Shown here piece by piece: positions 1 to 9,357 of a stretch of 64,000 bases of DNA; within the stretch, counting starts at the first letter, position 1; each line of letters begins with the position of its first letter. The DNA is taken from positions 1,622,507 to 1,686,506 of the forward strand of contig CAWJET010000002.1 of NCBI GenBank assembly GCA_963842085.1, written 5' to 3'. A model generated the notes under the pieces. The model had not been told where the DNA came from. It was given only the letters and a program-made list of their open reading frames with translations, and made no database searches. Origin of the DNA: an uncultured delta proteobacterium (GTDB lineage Bacteria; Desulfobacterota; Binatia; Binatales; Binataceae). Made by a program: the position numbers and the translations under genes.

Positions 1-14
1 GGGTTGAAGGCCAC

Positions 15-476
15 TCAGTCCCTACTCCGCCAAGGCCACAAACGAGGTCGAACCGCCGAAGATTCCGCCGTAGAAGAGCCGAACCGAATCGGTTCGCGAG
101 ATTCCCAACTCCTCGAGATGCCGACCGACTCCGCGAACATCCCGCTTTGCTCATAGAGCGGCTCGGTCCAGCTCAGCACCGGCAGCCACAGCGTGTCGGC
201 GATCTTTACCCCGACGCCCATCCTTGCCAACAACCCCTTCCAATGATCGCCGTAGAGAGTCTCCGCATCGATCGCTGTCTGGCCCAACAGCCTGGCCTCT
301 TCGCGGCCCATCTCCTCGTACGAACCATAGAGGTACAGCACTATCAGGCCGCCTCGATCCTCACGGCGAGGCACTCTGTTGGAGGCGTGTTGGGCCGGGC
401 CCAGATGGCAGCCGACCAAAAGCAGCCAAGCGATTGAAACGATCCTGCGAAGACCTGAAAGCTGATTAACGGTCAT
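15..476 (-). pseudogene. C45 family (Ntn hydrolase) peptidase-like lipoprotein, frameshifted and truncated
   Basis: Lipobox LLVGC and LYGSYEEMG motif. After a frameshift near 115 the alternate frame reads EELGISRTDSVRLFYGGIFGGSTSFVALAE*, which resembles the C45 GCTSF motif. Confidence 0.45.
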
Positions 477-521
477 AGGTCTTGCAGCGGGATCCCGGTT
501 CCCCGATCTGACCCGTACCGC

Positions 522-962
522 TCAAGGCTTTCGCCGTCGGAAGACCAGGACCGAGCACGGCGCGGCGCGCACCAGCTTCTCGGCCACGCTTCCGATCATT
601 AGATGCTCGATGCCGGTCCGCCCGTGGGTTGCGAGCAATATCAGATCGATCTGTTGCTCCTTCGCATATTCGATCAGCTTCGGGACCGGCGGTCCGACCA
701 TCACTTGAGTGAAGACCTTGGCGGAATTTCCGCAATCGTCTTTCCTGATGCGCGCGAGTTCCTCTTCGGCCTCTTCCACCATCAGGGTCTCGCGCGCCTG
801 CTCGCGCATTTTGTCGAATAACGCGAAATGAGGCGCGACTACATGCACGATGTGCAGCTCACCGTCGAGGTCCTTTGCCAGTTCCATCCCACCGCGTAAC
901 GCTTCCATCGAGTATTCCGAAAAGTCGATCGGAGCCAGGATTTTCTTCACATTTCGAATCAT
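522..962 (-). CDS. Universal stress protein (UspA family)
   Basis: KILAPIDFS...ATHGRTG...GSVAEKLVRAAPCSVL motifs. Confidence 0.93.
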   Translation of the reverse strand: MIRNVKKILAPIDFSEYSMEALRGGMELAKDLDGELHIVHVVAPHFALFDKMREQARETLMVEEAEEELARIRKDDCGNSAKVFTQVMVGPPVPKLIEYAKEQQIDLILLATHGRTGIEHLMIGSVAEKLVRAAPCSVLVFRRRKP

Positions 963-1068
963 AAAGGCCTCCGAGAATTCGGCGCGGTGGCGAAGAAACC
1001 TTCGTCCCGGAAAAGGCGAAGCCGCTCAGGTCCGGGCGGCATTGGTTCAAGAAATGTGGTGCTTATCG

Positions 1069-1200
1069 TTAGGTCCTTTCCATTAGAATCCTCATGCCGC
1101 TTTTTCCGAAACCACGCCGCACCTCTACTTTGACGGCGCCAGTGGCGACCAACTGCTTGATCTTGTGAGCGGCGCCCTCCGAAAGTGAGATCACAGCCAC
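1069..1200 (-). pseudogene. IscA/HesB-like N-terminal remnant
   Basis: VISLSEGAAHKIKQLV follows an AGGAG RBS directly downstream of iscU, then diverges and stops with no Cys motifs. Confidence 0.5.
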
Positions 1201-1206
1201 GAACTC

Positions 1207-1628
1207 CTATGCCTCCTTCTTGGGCGGTTGCTCTTGCGAAACGGGCTCATCTCCCTTACGCCTGCGCCAGTCGGTGATCGCAGCCTTGATCGCGTCTTCG
1301 GCCAGCACGGAGCAGTGAATCTTGACGGGCGGCAGGTTCAGCTCCTTGACAATGACCGTGTTCATGATCGCCATCGGCTCGTCGATATGCTTACCCCTGA
1401 CCAGTTCGGTGACGTAGCTCGAACTTGCGATCGCGCTTCCGCACCCGAAGGTCTTGAACCGCGCGTCCTCGATCACGCCGGTCTCGCTAATCTTCAGCTG
1501 CAGTTTCATCACGTCGCCGCACTCGGGAGCGCCGAAGGCCGGTGCCGACGCCCGGCTCGTCCTTCGCAAAGCTGCCGACGTTGCGCGGATTGTTTGTAGT
1601 GCTCGATAACCTTATCTGAGTAGGCCAT
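1207..1628 (-). pseudogene. iscU: Fe-S scaffold IscU with two frameshifts in the 5' part
   Basis: MAYSDKVIEHY / NPRNVGSFAKDEPGVGTG / GAPECGDVMKLQ...FGCGSAIAS...LPPVKIHCSVLAEDAI spread over three frames. Confidence 0.88.
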
Positions 1629-1733
1629 GATTTTTCTCGGACTGCAAATTACCTGTCACGAAACGGCCCAGGTGGCTCCATCGGATGCATCCGGATCCGT
1701 GAGCGAAGGCGAATATCGTTCATCGCCAAACGG

Positions 1734-2087
1734 CTATCTCACCCGCGTGGCTCGGGCGCCTCGACTTCTCGGAGCGACGCCCTTCAGTACGTCGTCAATC
1801 CACGTAAGCCCGGCCATCATCCGTGGGAATCCGACCGTGGTCAGGCCCAGAAGTGCGACTTGGCGGATCTCTTCGCGTGTAGCGCCAGCTTCCAATGCAC
1901 GTCGCGCGTGAGAATGGACCGCGCCCTCTTGGGAAGAGGCGACCGCCATACCCAGTTTGATCAACTGAACCAATTTTTCATCGAGTGGGCCATCCTCAGC
2001 AGTCAGTCGCCCGATCGCATCGTAAGCCTGGCTAATCTTTGGGAACTCCTCCTTGAACTGCTGATACCTTCCCGGTAGCTTTTTCAC
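1734..2087 (-). CDS. Carboxymuconolactone decarboxylase (CMD/AhpD-like) family protein
   Basis: LDEKLVQLIKLG...AVHSHARRALEAGATREEI...GFP. Confidence 0.85.
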   Translation of the reverse strand: MKKLPGRYQQFKEEFPKISQAYDAIGRLTAEDGPLDEKLVQLIKLGMAVASSQEGAVHSHARRALEAGATREEIRQVALLGLTTVGFPRMMAGLTWIDDVLKGVAPRSRGARATRVR

Positions 2088-2351
2088 CTTCGAGACACCT
2101 CCAAAGAACCGTTCCTGAAGTCCTTCATCCGCGGCCTAGCCGATGAACGGCAGAGCCAGAATAGGCAAGCGATGCCGACCTCGCGGTCGAAGCGTGCATA
2201 CTACGTGCCACGACTCACGACGTGCAGATAGAGCTTTATCTCCTAAACATGGTGCCGATCGCTCCACTGGCTGCCACTATTAGTGACAGTGTCGGTGCAA
2301 ACAAGAGCCGTTCAACTCGAAAACTCGATTGTCGACGGAAAGTTAATTTCG

Positions 2352-2367
2352 TGGCATGGCCGATGCA
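2352..2367 (+). promoter_or_regulatory. Putative sigma-54 (-24/-12) promoter of the molybdoenzyme operon
   Basis: TGGCATGGCCGATGCA has GG-N10-GC spacing, about 140 bp upstream of the first gene. Confidence 0.5.
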
Positions 2368-2507
2368 TTTATCGCACAGACAATCGGAAGGACCGAGATT
2401 GACGACTAACACGAGCTGAGCCGCACTCCATCTAATCCGAACGAGCGAGCGGCCAAATAACGGCGTGCGAGGCAATTTGTCTTCGCGAAGGACCAAGGGG
2501 TAGTGCA

Positions 2508-3629
2508 ATGAGCCAACGGCAACTTGCGATGGTAATCAATCTCGACAAATGCATCGGGTGTCAGACTTGTACCGTGGCCTGCAGCACCCACCGCCTCAAT
2601 CATCCCGGCACCGAAATGCTCCGCTACATATGGTGCGAAACCAAGCCCGGCGAAGGTTGGCCCAAGGGATGGATGGAGCTGGGGCGCAAGGTTCCGGATC
2701 GCGTGCGAGACTACGGTGGAACCTGGACCTTCAACTGGGAGGAGGTCTATACCTCGCCGGTCGGGACCAAGTACCTGCACCCAATCGTCAAAGAAACCGG
2801 CGAACCGGCGAAGTATGGGCCGATATGGGAAGAAGATCAGGGCGCCGGTGAGTGGCCCAATGGATACTTCTTCTATATGCCCCGGCTCTGCAATCACTGC
2901 ACGGATGCTCCTTGCATAGAAGTCTGTCAAGGCCACTTCGCACGAGGCGGCGGGCTGCCGACCGCCCAAGCGAACGGGCACAAGAACTCGATGCGCAAGC
3001 GCGAATCGGACGGGATCGTCATGATCGATCCGAGTTCGTGCGACGAGTGCGGGCTGTGTGCGGCTGCATGTCCCTACAAAATCCCGATGGAGAACCTGCT
3101 GGCGGGCACCTACGAGATGTGCGACTTCTGCGCGGGCCGGGTGGAAAACCAGTACGCTCCGGTATGTGCGAAGAGCTGCCCCGCGCGCGCGATGTACTTC
3201 GGTTACCTGGACGACAAGGAGAGCTACGTCTCCAAGCTCGTCAACGAATACAAAGTTGCCTTGCCGCTGCGTCCGGACTTCGACACGGGTCCGAATGTCT
3301 ACTACATACCTCCCTTCATCCGGCCAACAACTTTCGCAGCCGACAATAAGCCGACCGGTCAGGCCGATATTCCGACCGATCTGCTTCGTAAGTACTTCGG
3401 ACCGGGCGTTGATCAGGCGATGGCAACGCTCAAGGAGCATCGCGCACGCGCCGAGCGCGGAGAACATTCCGAATTGATGGATCTGCTCATCATTTACAAA
3501 TGGTCGGACGCCTTCGCCCCGTTCAACGTCTTGGCTCCCGTTGAGCCGATCGAACAGGGTGTCGAGGCTAGTAGGGGAAGCCAGCCGATCGAGCAGGGTG
3601 TCGAGGCTAGTAAGGGGCACCGGTCATGA
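2508..3629 (+). CDS. DMSO reductase type II FeS beta subunit (EbdB/NarH-like)
   Basis: QLAMVINLDKCIGCQTCTVAC, YFFYMPRLCNHCTDAPC, CDECGLCAAACP, CDFC...CAKSCP, TGPNVYYIPP. Confidence 0.92.
   Translation: MSQRQLAMVINLDKCIGCQTCTVACSTHRLNHPGTEMLRYIWCETKPGEGWPKGWMELGRKVPDRVRDYGGTWTFNWEEVYTSPVGTKYLHPIVKETGEPAKYGPIWEEDQGAGEWPNGYFFYMPRLCNHCTDAPCIEVCQGHFARGGGLPTAQANGHKNSMRKRESDGIVMIDPSSCDECGLCAAACPYKIPMENLLAGTYEMCDFCAGRVENQYAPVCAKSCPARAMYFGYLDDKESYVSKLVNEYKVALPLRPDFDTGPNVYYIPPFIRPTTFAADNKPTGQADIPTDLLRKYFGPGVDQAMATLKEHRARAERGEHSELMDLLIIYKWSDAFAPFNVLAPVEPIEQGVEASRGSQPIEQGVEASKGHRS
3544..3617 (+). repeat. 39-bp tandem duplication in the beta subunit C-terminus (PIEQGVEAS x2)
   Basis: agccgatcgaRcagggtgtcgaggctagta at 3544 and 3583. 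Confidence 0.9.
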
Positions 3630-6481
3630 GCAAGCAGAAGGGTGAAGAAAATCCTGTGGCTCGGCAAGCAACCGCCGAAGCCCCCGAGAACTACTGGCAG
3701 TGGGATAGGTGCCGATGGGGAACGCATCGCGTCAATTGCTATCCCGGCAGTTGTCCCTTCCGTGTCTATGCCAAGGACGGCCACGTGATTCGCGAGGAAA
3801 TCTCGTGCACCTATCCCGAGTTCACCGACCCCGACTACAAGGTGCCTGACTACAATCCGCGTGGATGCCAGAAAGGCTACCAGCACTCGAAGGCGATGTA
3901 TGGCCCCGATCGGCTGCTATACCCGATGAAGCGCGTAGGCGAGCGGGGCAGCGGTAAGTGGGAGCGAATCAGCTGGGATCAGGCCTGCGATGAAATCGCC
4001 GGCAAGTTTGTCGATATCATCATAAAATATGGGCCGCATGCGATCTCCGACGACCATGGAACCAATGGCGCTGGCGTGTTGCGCGGCGGGGGCGAAGGCG
4101 CCTCGACCGGATTCGTGTCGCGCTTGGGCGGGGTCAGCTACGACCTCAATTTTCTCATCGGCGATTTCAACCCCGGTCAGTACCTGACCTTCGGCCAGTT
4201 TCAGCATGCTCCGGGAATCGAGACCTGGTTCCTGGCCGACACGATCATAGCTCTTTCAAATCCGGCTTATGGGAACATTCCCGACATCCACTATATTCTC
4301 GAGGCGCGCTACCGCGGCGCCAAGGTAGTTGCGATCGCGCCTGACAAGAATGCCACTGCGCAGTTCGCTGACATGTGGCTGCCAGTCAACTGGTCTGCCG
4401 ACCCGGCGTTGTGGCTCGGCGTCTGCAATATCCTGATCGAAAAAGGATGGCTTGATATCGAGTTCATGAAGGAACAGACCGATCTCCCGGTGTTGGTCCG
4501 CATGGACAATCAGCAGTTCCTGCGCGGGTCCGACTTACGCGAGGGCGCGGATATGGAGCAGTTCTATGCAATCGACAGCGCCACCGGCAAGCCCGAGCAA
4601 CTGCCCAAAGGCACGCTTGCGATGCCGTTCGACTATGCGCTTGAGGGCAACTGGAAAGTCACCCTGAAGGACAAGAAGCAGGTCGAGGTCACAACGGTCT
4701 ACGAGCTGCTCAAGAAGCGAGTCGCTGAATACACGCCGGAAAAGGTCCATGAGATCTCCGGGGTCCATCCCGATCAGCTCGCCCAATTGGCCGAACTGGT
4801 CAAGCCACCGCGCAAGGTGTTCGTCTTTGTCAACTGGAACGCCGGCAAGCTTTACCACGGCGATCTTCTCGAGCGCTCTTACTGTTACATGCTCGCGCTC
4901 ACTGGAAACGTCGGCAAGGCTGGCACAGGATCACGAGGATGGTCGGCCGGCGCTGAGTACATCGGCGGCGCCGCGGTCGTTGGCGGGATGCCCAATGAGG
5001 TGCTCGAGACCGGCAACCCGCTGCTTCACGCCATGAATATGTCGCAGAAGATACAGGAGGACTATCGGACGCAGTTCAAAATGGACCCGACGATGCCTCA
5101 GGCCGAGGCTGCTTTGGGTGCGCTCCGCGAAGGTCTCAGAGCGGGCGGCACACTCTCGCCGCCGGTTTGGCTCTGGTACCACCACGCCGGGTACAAGGAG
5201 GTGTGGGACAAGTACCTCGACGACCCGAACGCGCCCAGGAAAATCAGCGAGTACGCGGAGGAAGCGCTTGCCAACGGCTGGCAGAAAGGATTCGTTCCCA
5301 ACAAGGACGTCAGTCCAAAGGGGATGCTGGTATCCGGATCGAATCCGCTCCGCCGTCACCGCGGCGGCATGAACACCTACTTGCAGACTCTGTGGCCAAA
5401 GCTCGAATGCATCGTGGTACTTGATCCGCGCTGGAGCACCACCGGACTTTACGCCGACTACGTTCTGCCTGCCGCATCGTTCTACGAGTATGCCGACTCG
5501 AAGTACTCGACTCCGGCGACGCGCTTCAGCACTTTCACGGATCAGACCGTGCCTATGCTCGGCGAGTCCAGATCAGACCGCCAGATCACGCTCGCCCTGC
5601 TCAAACGCATCCAGGAGCAGTTCCTGAAGAGAGGCGTGGAAAAGTACAAGTCAGGTGACCGCGAGATCGTGGTCAAGGATCTCTACTGGCGCGCCACCTT
5701 TGGCGGACGCTACGGCGAAACTAACGAAGACGAGGAGGTGTTGGTAAACGACACCTTTAACGCGCTTGGACAGATGGGTTGGTTCGAGAGTCTCGACGGT
5801 GAGGAACTCACGATCGACAACCTGCGCAAGAACGGGAAAGCCTGGCTTACCGGCCGCCCCGCCTGGCACGCTACCGTGGTCCAGAACTCGGACATGGTTT
5901 CAGGCAGTATTTTCTGGCCCTTCCGCGATCAGCTCGAGCAAAAGGTGCCATACGCAACTACGACGCGGCGCATGGAGCTATACCTCGATCATCCGTGGTT
6001 CATCGAGGCCGATGAACATCTTGTTCGCTACAAGCAGCCGCCCAACATCGGCGGCGCCCAGGGCTTGCGGCTTACCAGCGGACACCTGAGATGGAGCATT
6101 CACTCTAACTGGGTAGTGTCCTACGAGATGCTGAAGCTGCATCGCGGCGAGCCATTTGCTTTCATCAACGAAACCGTCGCGAAGAAAAAAGGCATCGCGG
6201 ATCATGACTACATCCGCGTTTACAATGACTACGGCTCCTTCATAACCAGGGCGAAGCTCAGTTCCTGCACGCGGCCTGACCAGCTAGTGATCTACCACGC
6301 GTGGGAACCGTATCAGTATCCGAATTGGATGCCGTACGACGGCTTGCTGCCAGGCCCACCCAAGGGCCTGCACTTCGCGGGCGGCTATCGCCATTTCGAA
6401 TACACGCTGTGGAACTGGTCTCCTTCGCAGTCGGATCGGCAGACCAATATCGACTTCGAAAAGGCCGAACTTCAGAACTAG
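3626..6481 (+). CDS. Molybdopterin oxidoreductase alpha subunit 1 (type II, ethylbenzene/steroid C25 dehydrogenase-like)
   Basis: FS0 motif THRVNCYPGSC...PRGCQKG; Asp-ligand segment LIGDFNPGQYLTFG; AGKLYHGDLLERS; HLRWSIHS. Confidence 0.92.
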   Translation: MSKQKGEENPVARQATAEAPENYWQWDRCRWGTHRVNCYPGSCPFRVYAKDGHVIREEISCTYPEFTDPDYKVPDYNPRGCQKGYQHSKAMYGPDRLLYPMKRVGERGSGKWERISWDQACDEIAGKFVDIIIKYGPHAISDDHGTNGAGVLRGGGEGASTGFVSRLGGVSYDLNFLIGDFNPGQYLTFGQFQHAPGIETWFLADTIIALSNPAYGNIPDIHYILEARYRGAKVVAIAPDKNATAQFADMWLPVNWSADPALWLGVCNILIEKGWLDIEFMKEQTDLPVLVRMDNQQFLRGSDLREGADMEQFYAIDSATGKPEQLPKGTLAMPFDYALEGNWKVTLKDKKQVEVTTVYELLKKRVAEYTPEKVHEISGVHPDQLAQLAELVKPPRKVFVFVNWNAGKLYHGDLLERSYCYMLALTGNVGKAGTGSRGWSAGAEYIGGAAVVGGMPNEVLETGNPLLHAMNMSQKIQEDYRTQFKMDPTMPQAEAALGALREGLRAGGTLSPPVWLWYHHAGYKEVWDKYLDDPNAPRKISEYAEEALANGWQKGFVPNKDVSPKGMLVSGSNPLRRHRGGMNTYLQTLWPKLECIVVLDPRWSTTGLYADYVLPAASFYEYADSKYSTPATRFSTFTDQTVPMLGESRSDRQITLALLKRIQEQFLKRGVEKYKSGDREIVVKDLYWRATFGGRYGETNEDEEVLVNDTFNALGQMGWFESLDGEELTIDNLRKNGKAWLTGRPAWHATVVQNSDMVSGSIFWPFRDQLEQKVPYATTTRRMELYLDHPWFIEADEHLVRYKQPPNIGGAQGLRLTSGHLRWSIHSNWVVSYEMLKLHRGEPFAFINETVAKKKGIADHDYIRVYNDYGSFITRAKLSSCTRPDQLVIYHAWEPYQYPNWMPYDGLLPGPPKGLHFAGGYRHFEYTLWNWSPSQSDRQTNIDFEKAELQN

Positions 6482-6499
6482 CGCCGGGAGGGCGGAAAA

Positions 6500-9355
6500 A
6501 TGGCAACCCAAGTGGACACGTCCGCCGTGCATCCCTCGCGACGAAACTCTGTGCAGGAGCAGCGCCAATATTTTGAATGGGATAGCTGCAAGTGGGGTAC
6601 CCATCGGGTGAACTGCTACCCGGGAAGTTGCCCCTTCCGGGTCTACGTCAAGGACGAGAAGGTGGTGCGCGAAGAAATCTCGTGTACCTATCCGGAGTTC
6701 AACGATCCCGAGTCTAAGGTGCCCGACTACAATCCGCGCGGATGCCAGAAGGGCTATCAGCATTCGCGTGCGATGTACGGGCCGGACAGGATATTGCATC
6801 CGATGAAGCGCGCGGGCGAGCGCGGCAGCGGAAAATGGGAACAGATTTCCTGGGAGCAGGCTTTCGAAGAAATCGGCGAGAAGATCGCTAATGTTATCCA
6901 GAAGTACGGACCCAAGGCGCTGGTTGACGACCACGCCGCCAACGGCATCGGAGTGTTTCGCGGCGCCGCCGAGGGCTCGACCACCGGCATGACTTCGTTA
7001 CTCGGTGGAGTGAGCTTCGATCTCGACTTCGTGACCGGAGACTTCAAGGTCGGCCAGTGGCTGACTTTTGGGGAGATGCATCACGCGCCAGGCATCGAGA
7101 ACTGGTTCCTACCGGATACCATCATCCTGATGTCCAACCCGGTCTATGCGAACATTCCGGACGTCCATTACCTCCTGGAAGCCCGGTATCGCGGCGCCAA
7201 GATAATCGCCGTCGCACCGGACAAGAATCCTTCCGCCCAGTTCGCCGACATCTGGGTACCCATCGACTGGTCGGCGGATCCTGCGCTGTGGCTCGGGGTG
7301 GCAAAGATTCTGATCGACAACGGATGGATCGACACGGAGTTCGTCAAGGAACAGACCGATGCGCCAATCCTGGTTCGATCGGATGATGGCCGGTTCTTAA
7401 GAGACTCCGACTTGCGCGAGGTCGGAGACCCCGAGCAGTTCTATGCGATCGACAGCGCGAACGCGCAGCTGGTGCAGATGCCCAAGGGCACGCTTGAAAT
7501 GGCCGCCGACTATGCTCTCGACACGCGCACCGGTGTGCTCCTGAAAGACGGCACTAAGGTCGAGGTCCGAACCGTTTTCAATCTGCTCAAGGAGCGTCTG
7601 CTCGAGTACACGCCGGAGAAGGTCCACCAGATGTCGGGGGTTCACCCGGACATGCTCCACCAGATCGCCGATCTCTGCCGGCCGCCCCGGAAGATTTTCG
7701 GCTATATCAACTTCATTACCGGCAAGCTCTATCACGGCGATCTGCTCGAGCGCTCCTATTGCTACATCCTTGCGCTGACCGGGAACGTCGGCAAACCGGG
7801 TACCGGCACCCAGGGCTGGTCGCCGGGAACGGAGATCTCGGCCTCGATGGCGGCGGTCGCCGGGATGCCCAAGCAGGTGATCGAATCGGAGAACCCGATC
7901 GCCGCGGCCGCGACCTTGTCCCAGCTGATGATGGAGGATTACAAGACGCGCCTTAAGATGGACCCCACGATGCCGCCGGTCGAGGCCGCTAACGGCGCGA
8001 CGCATGAGGGCCTCAAGTCGTCGGGCACGCTCACGCCCGGGGTTTTTCTCTGGTATCGCCACGCCGGATACAAGGAAGTCTGGGACAAGCATCTGCACGA
8101 TCCATATACCGACAAGAAGATCAGTGACTACGCCGAAGACGCAGTCGCCAGGGGCTGGTGGGACGGATTCGACCAGAAAGTCACGCCGCGCGCCATGTTC
8201 GTATCAGGATCGAATCCGCTGCGCCGTCATCGCGGCGGCATGAATACCTATATAAAGACCCTATGGCCGAAGCTCGAAACGATCGTCGTATTCGATCCGC
8301 GCTGGAGCACGACCGGTCTTTATGCGGACTATGTATTGCCGTCCGCGTCCTACTACGAATATGCGGACGTTAAGTATTCGACCCCCGACACACGGCTGCT
8401 ATGCTTCACCGATCAGTCGGTGCAGCCGCTTGGCGAAAGCAGGTCGGATCGCCAGATTGCCCTCGGCGTGTTGAGCAGCATCGCGAAGCACCTGAAGGCC
8501 CGCGGCATCGAAAAGTACAAGGCGGGCGAAAACCGTGAGGTCATCGTCGACGACCTGTACTGGCGCGCGACCTACGGCAACCGCTATGGCGAGACCAACG
8601 CGGACGAAGAGCGCATGGTCGATGACTGCCTCCATGCTCTTGGCGAACTGGGATGGCTCAGCAGCCTGGACGGTGAAGACGTTAACCTCGACAACATGCG
8701 CAAGAACGGCAAAGCCTGGCTGAGCGGGCGCCCGCCCTGGCACGGTATGGTATGCCAGAGCTCGGATATGGTCCCGCGCCAGGTCCATGTGCCGATGAGA
8801 GACCAGGTCGAAATGAAGGTCCCCTACGCGACTACCACGCGGCGCATCGAGCTCTACATCGATCACCCGTACTTCGTCGAGGCGGACGAGGCTTTGGTGC
8901 GGCATAAGCGGCCGCCCGATATTGGCGGTCACCAGCCGCTGAGAATCACCGGTGGTCATGTCCGATGGAGCATTCACGCCAATTGGCATACTTCGCTCGA
9001 AATGATGAAGCTGCATCGGGGCGAGCCGTTCGCGTTCATCAATAATACTGCCGCGCGCAAAAAGGGCATCGAGGACCATGACTTCATTCGTGTATACAAC
9101 GACTACGGCGCATTTCTGGTGAGAGCGAAGCTGTCCGCCTGCGTGCGGCCGGATCAGTTGGTTATCTACCATGCCTGGGAGCCGTATCAGCATCCCAACG
9201 GCATGCCCGCCGACGGCCTGATGCCCGGCCCGCCCAAGGGGCTTCACTTTGCCGGCGGCTATCGGCATTTTGAGTACACGTTGTTTAGCTGGGCGCCGTC
9301 GCAGAACGACAGGCAGACCAATATCGACTACGAGAAGGCCGAGTTTCAAGGATAG
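6500..9355 (+). CDS. Molybdopterin oxidoreductase alpha subunit 2 (tandem paralog)
   Basis: Same motifs (THRVNCYPGSC, VTGDFKVGQWLTFG, TGKLYHGDLLERS); 951 aa and collinear with alpha 1. Confidence 0.92.
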   Translation: MATQVDTSAVHPSRRNSVQEQRQYFEWDSCKWGTHRVNCYPGSCPFRVYVKDEKVVREEISCTYPEFNDPESKVPDYNPRGCQKGYQHSRAMYGPDRILHPMKRAGERGSGKWEQISWEQAFEEIGEKIANVIQKYGPKALVDDHAANGIGVFRGAAEGSTTGMTSLLGGVSFDLDFVTGDFKVGQWLTFGEMHHAPGIENWFLPDTIILMSNPVYANIPDVHYLLEARYRGAKIIAVAPDKNPSAQFADIWVPIDWSADPALWLGVAKILIDNGWIDTEFVKEQTDAPILVRSDDGRFLRDSDLREVGDPEQFYAIDSANAQLVQMPKGTLEMAADYALDTRTGVLLKDGTKVEVRTVFNLLKERLLEYTPEKVHQMSGVHPDMLHQIADLCRPPRKIFGYINFITGKLYHGDLLERSYCYILALTGNVGKPGTGTQGWSPGTEISASMAAVAGMPKQVIESENPIAAAATLSQLMMEDYKTRLKMDPTMPPVEAANGATHEGLKSSGTLTPGVFLWYRHAGYKEVWDKHLHDPYTDKKISDYAEDAVARGWWDGFDQKVTPRAMFVSGSNPLRRHRGGMNTYIKTLWPKLETIVVFDPRWSTTGLYADYVLPSASYYEYADVKYSTPDTRLLCFTDQSVQPLGESRSDRQIALGVLSSIAKHLKARGIEKYKAGENREVIVDDLYWRATYGNRYGETNADEERMVDDCLHALGELGWLSSLDGEDVNLDNMRKNGKAWLSGRPPWHGMVCQSSDMVPRQVHVPMRDQVEMKVPYATTTRRIELYIDHPYFVEADEALVRHKRPPDIGGHQPLRITGGHVRWSIHANWHTSLEMMKLHRGEPFAFINNTAARKKGIEDHDFIRVYNDYGAFLVRAKLSACVRPDQLVIYHAWEPYQHPNGMPADGLMPGPPKGLHFAGGYRHFEYTLFSWAPSQNDRQTNIDYEKAEFQG

Positions 9356-9357
9356 TC

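Noticed and set aside
2406-3620. 404-aa antisense ORF and many similar long antisense ORFs
   Set aside because: Shadows of high-GC coding strands with no motifs.
6500-6560. Functional Tat signal in alpha 2 (SRRNSV)
   Set aside because: No hydrophobic h-region or cleavage site.
2508-9355. Respiratory nitrate reductase narGH or nitrite oxidoreductase
   Set aside because: Alphas are 951 aa with EbdA-type motifs, beta precedes alpha, and there is no narJ/narI.
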